From Candidatus Micrarchaeota archaeon (GTDB taxonomy: Archaea; Micrarchaeota; Micrarchaeia; Norongarragalinales; UBA8480), in assembly GCA_043805855.1 (NCBI GenBank), contig JAZDHP010000005.1, positions 11,480 through 75,479 of the forward strand: DNA of 64,000 nt, given 5' to 3'. The stretch's first letter is position 1, and the number at the start of each line of letters is the position of its first letter. The position numbers and the translations under genes were made by a program. The notes beneath the pieces were generated by a model. It did not search any database and had not been told where the DNA came from. It saw nothing but the letters and a program-made list of their open reading frames with translations. Positions 1 to 10,300 of this stretch are shown here, one piece after another.

Positions 1-1018
1 ATCCAAAGACTGTTGGAACGCCAACATCGTCTCGCTTTGCAAGGTAACGTGCCACGTGTTCTGCATTAACTTCAACAACTGCAGTTGACGGTGCAGCGTG
101 AGTTTCCATGAGAAAAACCGCGTTGAGACGTGCTGGATTTACATTATCATGCAGTGGCGCGTTTTTAACTGACGGCACTGGCTTTCCTTTGAATATAATT
201 TCAGGGTCCGACCCGTGTTTCCAAAAAGTTTCCTTTACCTCGCGCGGAAAATCAGGAGAATCTGGAGAACCAAAAACTCCTTGGTGAAACATCCGTCCTC
301 TTGAATAATATTGACTTGCCGCGCGGAATCCATATTTTCTATAGGGCCCGACGACGTTTGCCCCTTTGGTTGAAAAAAGTATATGTACTCGGTCATCAGC
401 GATTATTGAGCACCCGTGTAGATAACTAAGCAGAAAAGATAACCTACCTTTGCCAATTCGGGGATCTCCAATTAAAGCAAAGGCGCCTTTTTTTCCACAC
501 AGTACGTTACCGTGCAGCTCTGCGCCGGTTCTTCCAACTACGTTTTCTTTTTTCAAAGTGTGCTCTGGATCTTTGTGATAGTGAGTACCGTAAGCTTCTG
601 GGTCAAAAAATTGCTGCTTATTAATTAATCTAGTTAAAGCAGTTGAAACGGAGCCAAGGTTAGCTTCGGGAACGTCAGAAATTCCCTGCATGGCTATTGG
701 CGTTGCACTTTTTTGTAAATGGTGAAGGTCATCTAGCAATAAACTAGCAGCTAGAGCTGGATTTTGTTCAACTACTCTAGCGTGAGTTGCGACAAGTGGC
801 AAAACATGTTGACGTACAAAATGATCTCCACGTGCATGGTAAAGCCCTAGAATAGCATCGTTTATTCCTTTTACTGTTTTTGCAGCGTCTTCATTTTTTG
901 AACCAATATCTGCAAGGCGAATGGCCATTCGGTCTCCACCGTGGCGCAGTAAGCCATAGGCGCGGATTCCATTTTTTTCAAACCACATTTTTGCATGTTC
1001 CATTTTTTCTATTGTCAT
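1..1018 (-). CDS. Partial (runs off the window) HPr kinase/phosphorylase-like P-loop protein
   Basis: Not in the ORF track. Manual translation from ATG 1018 is open to position 1 and contains LHGNVLCGKKGAFALIGDPRIGKGRLS...IIADDRV, matching the HprK pattern LHG..V....G.LI.G.SG.GKS...LVADD. Confidence 0.65.
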   Translation of the reverse strand, partial: MTIEKMEHAKMWFEKNGIRAYGLLRHGGDRMAIRLADIGSKNEDAAKTVKGINDAILGLYHARGDHFVRQHVLPLVATHARVVEQNPALAASLLLDDLHHLQKSATPIAMQGISDVPEANLGSVSTALTRLINKQQFFDPEAYGTHYHKDPEHTLKKENVVGRTGAELHGNVLCGKKGAFALIGDPRIGKGRLSFLLSYLHGCSIIADDRVHILFSTKGANVVGPYRKYGFRAASQYYSRGRMFHQGVFGSPDSPDFPREVKETFWKHGSDPEIIFKGKPVPSVKNAPLHDNVNPARLNAVFLMETHAAPSTAVVEVNAEHVARYLAKRDDVGVPTVFG

Positions 1019-1036
1019 AAACTTTCACTAGTTAAA

Positions 1037-2722
1037 TTAAACATTTTTAACTGCAGCTAGCACTTGCGGCCAAGTTTCTATTAAACCGGCATATTCGTGT
1101 AAACTTTGATGCATTTTTTCTGGAGGAATTACTGCATCGTAAACTTCGTTTCTTTTACTTGAACCAAACAGCGCCAAATTCCTTGTCAATTGTAGTGTTG
1201 CTTTTCTTAACTTAGGGTCGCCGTGCCACCAACTGCGTTTATCTGCTAACATTTGGCTAGAACTTTTCACTTGGCTGTCCCACTTTGCAAATTCAGACGA
1301 AACGAGCCTTCGTATTTTTGCATGTCCAACTCGAATTGCCTCTGGAGTTGCGTTTATTTTTATTTGGCGAGCTAAATGTGCTGGCGAATCAGAGCGAACT
1401 ATTTGTTTTAATACATCGTAAACTGGAAGAAAACTAATGCTTTGGCCATACTCGCGAAAGATTCCTCGCGAACTAGCTTTATGATGAAGCACGGGCAAAT
1501 TAATTCGGTAAACTCCACCGTCAAGTAAACGATGCATTAACATGGACCAAGTTGAATCTTCACCGCGTAAATTAGCAGTTGGGTAAGGCACACTACGCGC
1601 AAGTATATCAGCCCGTAGAGTAACGTTTGCGCCGCCTAGACTTGAAGTTTTTTCAATTTCAGTTAACACCGGCGCATTTGGATCATAGTAGCGAACTCCT
1701 AAATTAAACGCGCCTCTTCGATTTATCCCTTGAGAGTAAGCTGAAAGTAAACGAAACGCTTGGTTATAGCGCAAGTGTCGTCCAACTTCAGGCACTTCAG
1801 TTAATTGAGACGCTAGCCCACCTACTAACTCAGTTGGTTTTTTACCGCGTGCAGTTTTAACAAAAAGTCCAACTTTTTCAAGGAAAAACGGTATAAGCCG
1901 CTGTGGTTCTTTGATATCTTTAGTTACTCGGCCGCTCACTAATTTCACTCTTGAATTTGAAAACACTGAGTCAAGTTGGCTAAAGAAATTAAACAAATGG
2001 CTACGCGTAGGAACTGTTACTCCATTTGTTTTAGTTAAATGTAAATTTTCAAGTGCAATGTCATCGTCGAAGAAAGTTACTAAATCAGTGGGAGCAGCGT
2101 GGCGCATTGCAACTAGTAGAGATAAGTTGCGTACGCCGCCAAACCCGTGTTTTAATCTGCTTTTGTCAGGAAAGAGAAAAGGATCTAAACTAACACCCGA
2201 TTTGGCACCTAAGCGAGAAATAAATTGCGCTTGTTTAGCTTTGTCATAATGCACAACTTCAGCTAAGTGCGGGTACTTTTTACCAAAGCGTTCGAGAACC
2301 CTGGCATTGGCTTTTTCAAAACGCGGTTCAGTTGAATCATCAACAACCACAATTTTTATTTTACGACTGTAACCAAAGCGCCTCATGTTTTCAACGATAC
2401 TCTCAACACATCGATTCAAAAACAAAGGCCTATTTTGAGTCGGTATAACTACTACGTGGCCAAAATTACCACGAGCAGTAGACGTAAAAGTAGCTGCTGG
2501 CCGTTGAAGCTGTGATTCGACATGCGGTGGTCTGCCGGGCGTTCCACCAACTGGCCCAAATAATAGCTGCGCTTTATCTGCAATTGACACTGGCCGCCCA
2601 GGTGACAACTGCTCGCGTCTAGCAAGTGGGTTTTGAAGCCCTAACCCGGTTGCTACAGCTCTAGATTGCTGCTCACGCTCAAGTGGGTTTCGAAGCCCTA
2701 AACCCGTTTTTACAACTGCCAT
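1037..2722 (-). CDS. Glycosyltransferase, GT-A fold (family 2-like), with basic N-terminal extension
   Basis: VVVIPTQNRP, VVVDDS, FFDDD (DxD), GGAN and RGED motifs. About 85-aa N-terminal extension with a duplicated GLGL(R/Q)NPL segment. Confidence 0.8.
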   Translation of the reverse strand: MAVVKTGLGLRNPLEREQQSRAVATGLGLQNPLARREQLSPGRPVSIADKAQLLFGPVGGTPGRPPHVESQLQRPAATFTSTARGNFGHVVVIPTQNRPLFLNRCVESIVENMRRFGYSRKIKIVVVDDSTEPRFEKANARVLERFGKKYPHLAEVVHYDKAKQAQFISRLGAKSGVSLDPFLFPDKSRLKHGFGGVRNLSLLVAMRHAAPTDLVTFFDDDIALENLHLTKTNGVTVPTRSHLFNFFSQLDSVFSNSRVKLVSGRVTKDIKEPQRLIPFFLEKVGLFVKTARGKKPTELVGGLASQLTEVPEVGRHLRYNQAFRLLSAYSQGINRRGAFNLGVRYYDPNAPVLTEIEKTSSLGGANVTLRADILARSVPYPTANLRGEDSTWSMLMHRLLDGGVYRINLPVLHHKASSRGIFREYGQSISFLPVYDVLKQIVRSDSPAHLARQIKINATPEAIRVGHAKIRRLVSSEFAKWDSQVKSSSQMLADKRSWWHGDPKLRKATLQLTRNLALFGSSKRNEVYDAVIPPEKMHQSLHEYAGLIETWPQVLAAVKNV

Positions 2723-2747
2723 TCAACCGCCAGACTTAATTTTATAT

Positions 2748-4295
2748 TTACTTGCGCAAAATGCTGCTCACTATGTGCAAACGCTGTTCAGGTGAAAGCG
2801 AGTTATTGTGCGCTTCTGCTAAGAAAGCTAAAGCCACCCTTGCTTTATCCTTTGCATCTACTTCTATTGGCGCAAGTTGAAGGTTGCTAAAGTTCCTTAC
2901 ATTAAGGTTGCGTAACCCGCGACTGTGATAAGCTAATGTTGCTAAACTTTCTCTTGGCAATTCATGAGGCGCACCTGCAACAGAAGCGCCAACTTTAGCT
3001 AGTTGAGCCGACGTGTGAAAGGCAACCATCTGCTTTTGCAAAGGCGTTAACTTAATCGCATCTTCAGCGGTTTTTCCTATTCTAAGTTCATCTAGATTGT
3101 CAACTGAAGGTTTAGCACCTCTTGGACCTATGAAAAACTTATGCCCTTCGGGAATTAACCGGCTAATTATTTTGCTATTACCCCCTTGTGCCATTATAAC
3201 CGTCTTTAACCTACTTTGGAAGTTTCTAATACTAGACGTGTTTAAAGCTGCATTTGCAAATGACCGCATGTGGTCTGCGTTTATACTAGAACCAAACCCA
3301 GCAGCACTGACCTTAGCGCTGAATTCATTTGCATGGTACAGTAACTCATTAAGAGCATCACTGCGCATTGGTTCTTCGTTGCCAGCAAAGAAATGACGTG
3401 AAGGTTTATGAAGTGCTAAACCCCGCATCATTAAAGAGTGTAAGTGTAAATCTCTATCAGCGTACACTTCTCCCAAAGTGGCTTTAAGTATTCCAGCGCC
3501 GCTAGTTGCTTCGCCGCTAACTGCTGCTGGGTCTTCGCCGCTAACTGCCACAGTTGCAGCTGCACCTGTGCCATCTGGTTCAGAAACGTCAACATGCGCT
3601 GCACCCCCATGATCGCCTGGTTCTGATACATCTGGAATGTCGCCACTATGCGGCGCAGCTTCACCTTCAGAAACATCAACTGGATCTGGGTCAGGATCGT
3701 GTTTGTTTGGCTTTAACCCTAGGTCTTCAATTGCAGACAATATACCAGAAGCGATTTCGTCGCGAGCCGTGCTTTTGCTAAATAGCTCTCTCAAGTTAAA
3801 GCCTTTTCTACCTTTTGCAGCTTTCATGTAAACCGCAGCTACGTTTTTGCCAAAGAATCTCCTTCCGGCCACGTCAACCTGCTCTACAACGTCCTTGTGA
3901 GTCAAAACCTTTTCTAAATAACTTTTCCCTTGACGTGCAACTAAACGGCTAAACTCCTTCTTAGCTTCAGTTCTACCTTCTTCAGTTGAAAGACTTTCAT
4001 CTGTAAGTTTATACTTTCTATTTAAATATCTTAACTCTCTCTCTGGCAGTGAAAGCATAAACGAATGTATAAACGATTCCCGTACAATGGGAGGTCTACT
4101 AGCTAGTATCTTACCAGTTTTAAGAATAGCATTTTCCTGCCGGCGAGTCATTTGACCCATCGTGCCTAAAACGTCTGCAGTGTCTCTAAAGTAGTCCAAC
4201 CTACCGCCGCGACGAGCCGCAACGAAACCAGGACGCAACCGCCTAACCGTTGCCTCACTTAAATTTCCCCTAACTGCCTTTTTCCACAAACCCAT
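2748..4295 (-). CDS. Hypothetical protein with central acidic low-complexity repeat
   Basis: 515-aa ORF tightly packed with its neighbours, preceded by GGTGA. The centre has DVSE x3 and AVSGE x2. Confidence 0.7.
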   Translation of the reverse strand: MGLWKKAVRGNLSEATVRRLRPGFVAARRGGRLDYFRDTADVLGTMGQMTRRQENAILKTGKILASRPPIVRESFIHSFMLSLPERELRYLNRKYKLTDESLSTEEGRTEAKKEFSRLVARQGKSYLEKVLTHKDVVEQVDVAGRRFFGKNVAAVYMKAAKGRKGFNLRELFSKSTARDEIASGILSAIEDLGLKPNKHDPDPDPVDVSEGEAAPHSGDIPDVSEPGDHGGAAHVDVSEPDGTGAAATVAVSGEDPAAVSGEATSGAGILKATLGEVYADRDLHLHSLMMRGLALHKPSRHFFAGNEEPMRSDALNELLYHANEFSAKVSAAGFGSSINADHMRSFANAALNTSSIRNFQSRLKTVIMAQGGNSKIISRLIPEGHKFFIGPRGAKPSVDNLDELRIGKTAEDAIKLTPLQKQMVAFHTSAQLAKVGASVAGAPHELPRESLATLAYHSRGLRNLNVRNFSNLQLAPIEVDAKDKARVALAFLAEAHNNSLSPEQRLHIVSSILRK

Positions 4296-4311
4296 AATTC
4301 AATTCACCTTT

Positions 4312-7300
4312 TCAATCATTATCTCCATTTTTAGCATTGTTACAATTAACGTCTGGTTTGAAATCTTTTCCTTCAAGCTCATCACTTACTCCATCGTTAG
4401 ATATGACTGCACATACTTGTGGCAACGTCACTTTATTACCGCTGCGTAAATTATACTCTCGCTCTGCGGTTTTTAAAACACGAACTGAAATTCCTGGGCT
4501 AAGGCCGCTAGCGGAACAAGATATCGTATCGTCAAGTTTAGCGGGTAAGAAGAATGGCCCGGGATTTGCAGCTTTCCATAAGTTTTCCACTGAAATTCCG
4601 CCAATGGCGCCAGCTAATCCAAGAATTATTGGACACCCAGCAATGTTTGTGCCCGGAGCAAAGCAAAGTAAACCAAGTGCAAAGCCAGTTAGTCCAATTG
4701 AATTGCCTCCACCGCAATTTCGCCCGATGGCTTTTTCATTATCGCGAACTTCAAACAAGTACTGGCCATTATTATTTCCTGTCCCTACAAACCGTAAGAT
4801 AGCGGTAGTGCCACTTATCTTAAGCTTTGTAACATCATTTACACTAAAATTGTAAATTCCTTCGGTATTATCTGAGTCCGAAATTGCAAAATCCGCTAAT
4901 TTCTTTATTGGTTTTCTAAATTTAACTTGGCGAATTAATTTATCCTCATCGCTATACACGTCAAAATTATAATGATAGTCTTCATTTAGCCACTTATCAA
5001 GTGGACCAAAAACAGAATAGAGTTCAACTTCAGCGACATCGACATCAACGCTACCAACCCCCGTAAATGCCTTTGGTTTCTTTTTTAATTGTATAAACTT
5101 AGCTAATAAAAGAGGCGTTTCTACATTATCTATAGATTCTCCGCATATACGAGAATTGCCAACCCCAACACCTTCTCCAGATCGACCTAATACGTCTCCT
5201 AAACCTATCGGGTTGTCATAATGCAAATTACAGTCCATTTTATCACTGAATGCAGGGTCGTAAGCTGTAACAAACTTTATTTCTGGTTTTGATAAGTCAA
5301 TTCCACCTAATCTAAAGTATTGCCCAGTAGCAAGTTGCACCGAATCACCGATTTCTAACTGACATCTTAGCCAGTTTGGATTAGGCGCACTTATCTTTAC
5401 ACAATTTTTATCATAGTAAGCCGTATTATCAAGTCTAAAAGAAGCTTTAGCTTCACTAGTGTGGCAATCTTCATTTAAGTTTGGCCAATACTTACACATG
5501 TACCTTGTAGAGCTAGGCCTACTTTCTATTTCTGCTCTGAATGCAACTGGCTTTTTCACTTTGATGTGATTATTAGATATAACGTCAGCAGCAAGGAAAG
5601 AACTAGCGTCAAATGACACAGAACTGACCCCGTTATATATCTGCTTTGAACCTAAATCAATTAAACCAATTTGATCTATTTCGTTTTGATATTCAACGCG
5701 AAATTTAGCGGTCTCACCATCATATTTTGGATCAGTGCACAAACGTAAGATAAAACTATCTCCAGGAGCTATAGCATCGCCATCTTTCAAGTAACTAATT
5801 GTACCATCTACGTTGGTTTTTTGAAGTTCAATTGCGCTTGTAAGCGGTGCGCCTATTCTACCGCAAGCGTCGAAAGTTGCTTTGTTTAACTCAGTCGGCA
5901 AAGAAAACGGCGTTTCTGGGTAGTTTACAAACGATAACGGCGTAGCTTGCCCTTCTGCTTTTTGACCTGCCTGAGTCGTAACGATTGTTGGCCTAAAGCA
6001 ATCAGCTGGATCACCATTCTTTTGCACACATTGATAGTATCGAGTTTCTAGAGTTGAAACGCCTCCTCCAACAGGCGCAGCTGTTTGTAGTTCTACTTTT
6101 ATAGTATATTCATTTACCGCGTTTACTCCGACGTCACAACGGGAGAATTCAAGCGAATCAACTGCAGTTTCAGCAAGTGTTTTGTCAGCAACTTTGTAAT
6201 TAGGCGCTTTTAGCGTGTACTTCTTTTGGTTTAGCTCGGTTACTTTTTGCGTTGTTTTATCTTTGCATGAATACTGAACCGCTATATACACGTCTTTTTT
6301 TCCTAGCGTTGCTAATCGTGTTTTGTCTAGTTCCACTTTAGTTGACACTTTAGTTAAACGATTCAAGTGTTCTGGAAAAGTTAGTCGAAAGATGTTAAAC
6401 GTTGCTGGAGTTGCTGGTTTAAAGTAGCCGGGAGTTATTTTGTCAATTAGTAATTGTCGGTCTGTTAAAGTAACTATACAATCATCTGAAACTTTTTGAC
6501 CTGTTGGGTAAATTGCGCTTGCTTTGAAGCCAAATCTTTGACCCGTATCTCCTTTTACAGTATACTTTTGAGTATCGGCTTCTTTCGCACCGGTAAATGT
6601 TTGTTCATCAGTGAAAGAACCTCCAGTTTGTTGTTTTGTTACAATTACTTTACGTTCATTTCCACCAGATGGAAAACTAGATTTTATTGTTAGTTCTTCA
6701 CCAGACATGGCGTTACCATTGCAAACATCTTTTGTTCCGGCTAAAACTTGAATTTTAGGTTGCTTGTTAGACGCACTTACTATTGGAGCCTCCACATGAG
6801 CCGGAGGTTCTGCTGGTTCAGCGGGGTTTAATTGTACTTGAGCCTCTGGTGCTTCTTTTGCTACTTTTGTTTGTTCGTAGGTAGCCATTATTTTAACTTC
6901 TACTTTTGCGTTTACATTTTGTGCTGAGGACACAAGTAGCTTTACAAATACTTTGCCGTCGTTTTCAAGTGCTTTTATTGCTCCTGCGTCGTCTTTAAAG
7001 TCGCAGTTTGTAATTAGCTCGTTGTCTTTTAGTTCAGCGTTGCAGCTAGCTTGTGATAGTTCACTGTTGTCTTTTGTTTGCACTGAAATTATCTTATACT
7101 TGTCAAATACAATTGGGCACGTTAGCTGCACTGTGACTGGGCTTGCGAATTTCCAAGCTGGCGTTACACTGACTTTCCTTGTTTCAGTTTCTCCGCATGC
7201 TGCGTCCCAAGTTTGTGCACCAAATGGAATTCCCGTTGGGCCGCCCATCATTGGACCTTGTGGTGCTGCAATTACATTTACGCGGATTGTCTTGCGCGCT

Positions 7301-10300
7301 CCATCTGGAAGTGTAACTTCGAGGTTTCCAGTTGCAGGGTAAGGTTGGCCAACAAAGGAATAGTCGGCAGTTACTGTGATTGCGTCTTTTGTGCATTCGT
7401 CGATTTGTACAGCGTCTTTAACTGAATTTTGTGAAAACCCGTTGCCCATCTGGTATTGATTGTAGCCGTTTCCATTGTAATTATTGTAATTTGGCCCATA
7501 TTGAGAGCCAGGTAATCCAACTGGATACGCACCTGGTCGATTGTACTGGTTTGCACCGTAGCCGTAATCTTGCCTTAGGATCCCGCCTGTTGAGCGGTCG
7601 TAGCTTACTTGTTGTTGCTGGTTGTAAGGTTGAAACGCTTGGTTGTACGGCGTTTGGTAGCCGTTGTAAGATAAAGGCGACATAAATGCTTGGGCTTGGT
7701 AAGCGCCTTGGCCAGTTTGGCACGCGCTGCAAGTTGCGCTAAGATGTACTGGCAATTGACTGCTTGTTGGTGCAGTTACTGGATTTGGAACGCATGCGCC
7801 GCACCCCCATTGCGAGGGAGTAACTTGCTGGCATTGGTTGCATTGCGATTGGCCGTTCATTGGCATTGTACACGCGGTGCACCACCATAAAACTGGAGTT
7901 GGCATTCCGCCTAGCACGCCACCTTGGTAAGTTTGACCGTAACCTTGACCATATCCTTGGCTATAACCTTGCTGGTATTGGCCAGCGTAGTTCATTCTCA
8001 AGCCAGATAAACGACAAGTTGGATCTGCTGATAAGCGTAGTGGAATTGAATACGAGTCTTGCAAAAATGGCGGCATTGTAATTAATGTAATTGCGCCTGG
8101 CAATGGCGATGAATCGCTTCCAGTTGCAGCTGAGTTAATGCAACCTGGGCATTCAACATCAACCATTAGAGGCAATTCTTCTGCTACTCTATACGTGCCA
8201 GCGCGTGCGGTAAACGTAGCAAGGCAGTTTGTGTTTGAAGTGACGTTGTTGAGAATTTTCAACGATAGCGTAGAGTCGCTGTTTGGCTCTATTGTTATAG
8301 ATGTGGGAAATACTTTTAGTGGCACTGGATCGCCACCGCAATTAATTGACGTAGCAACGCGTATTGGTTCGTTCAATGCATTTGAAAGTGTAACTTGCTG
8401 TGCTTGTGGTTCAAGTGAAGACCCGGTAAATTCCATTGACTCGGGGTCAATTGCCAAGAAGTTTTTACCTTGCACAGTTACAGAGCATGTTTCAAGTGTC
8501 TTGAACCCTTCTGCTTCGACGCGGGCGCCGATTTCTCCAAGCCCAGTTGGGTTAACGTCAACTCGGTAGCGGCCAGTTAAACCATTGTTCTGCGAGCCGT
8601 CGCCTAGAAGTTGTTCTGGTTCGTTTCCAGAAAACGGCGAATTAGCACATTCGTATAAACCAACTGCTGCGGTTTCAACGTAGTTGTTGTTCTTGTCACG
8701 CACAACTATAGTTATTTTACTGTCTTGAAGTGCTGGCACTGTTGACGGCGCTATTGTTGCTGTAAAGGCGTTTGTTCCAGATACAGTTAATTGCACTGGA
8801 ATTTGAAATGTTTTACTTCCGCTGCGTAGTGTAAATGTCAACGGCGCGTCTTGGCTTACTTGCAACGGCGTTAAAGTCATTGACATTTTTGCTTTTTTGT
8901 TTGGAAGCGAAGTAAAGGGAAGGTTGAAAGTGCGGCCGCTTGTTGTTATTGCGCTAGCTGTAGTTGTAGCTGTTCCATCGTCTGCGAATGAAACTTTTTC
9001 TAAGCCGCTTAGAGTTTGGCGTGAGTTTTTCACGTTGAAGTGCTCAGTAGTTAAGCCAAGTGAATCAATTGAAACTGGCGAAAGTAATTCTAGTTCAAAG
9101 GTAAAGTCTTTTGCAATTTGCGGTTGGTATGTTGACGGGTTTCCCTGCGATGCACTATCAAAAAGGATTGCTTTCCAGCAAACGTCATCTTCAGTGCAAG
9201 TTAGTGTTTGTTGCGTTACTGGGATTGATTGAGTTACAACGCGCATTTGACAAGTGTCTTCTGGAGTTAAACGTAAACCTTCATCAATTTGTTGGCGTAG
9301 CGAGTCAAGTAGTTCAGTGTCGCTTGGGTAAATTAAAGGTAAGCCGTCTTTGAATGCAAATGCCTTGTAGTTTATTTTAATTTCAGCTCCTGCTTCTGCG
9401 GTTTTTGAAACTTTTACATTAACGACAAATTCTCTTGTGCCTGTAAAGCCACGTGGGAACGAGAAGTAAACCCATTTCATTTCTTCACCAGCGTTGGTTT
9501 TGCCATTGTAACAAGATGAAGTTGAAGTGGCTGATGTTGACGTGGTTGAATTATCTAACTCGCCGTTGTTTTCAGTGCTTTCCACGCTTTTTAATTCAGA
9601 GTCACTTTGAACATAAGGCGCGCCGTTGGAGTTGAATGAAGTTATAACCGCTGAACTCTCCGCAGTTGTTTGTTCGTCGCCAACTTGAACGTAAAACCCG
9701 GCGTTTTCGTCAACGTTTTGCGGCATGTTAACTGCGAATTTTGCACTGTACGTTTCTGCGTTGGCAACTTCTTTTGCTTTTACTCCCCGCGAGTCAAATA
9801 AACCAAGGAAGTTTACAGTTGCGCTTTGCGCGAGTGAAACTGGAAATAGTGTAACTGTTTCTTTTGCCTGTTCTGCTGGCGAAAATGTTTTTGTTGAAGT
9901 AACATAAGTTAAATATCCTGGCGCAGTTGCGCGTATTGTAAATTCTTTATTTGCAGCAACTGGCAAAACACAAGTACCGTTTAGCACGGTGCACGAAGAA
10001 ACTGGAATTCCCTCTACAAGCGCTTCAATTGCACCGTTTGGGATTAGCTGGTCTGTTGCTAAATCTTTTAACGTAATTGAAACATTTGCAGGCATCGCAA
10101 CTAAGTCAACCGTTAAAGATAACGGGGCGCTTGTTACGTCGACAACGTCACTTTGTCCACTTGCGGATTGTTTGGAAGCCTTTGCGTAAACTTTGTAAGC
10201 TGCACCTTCAACGGCTAATGGGATTGTCGCGTTTGCAATTCCTTCTCCGCCGGCAGTTAATGCTGGAATACCAAGGAAGTAGCCGCCGAATCTATATAAG

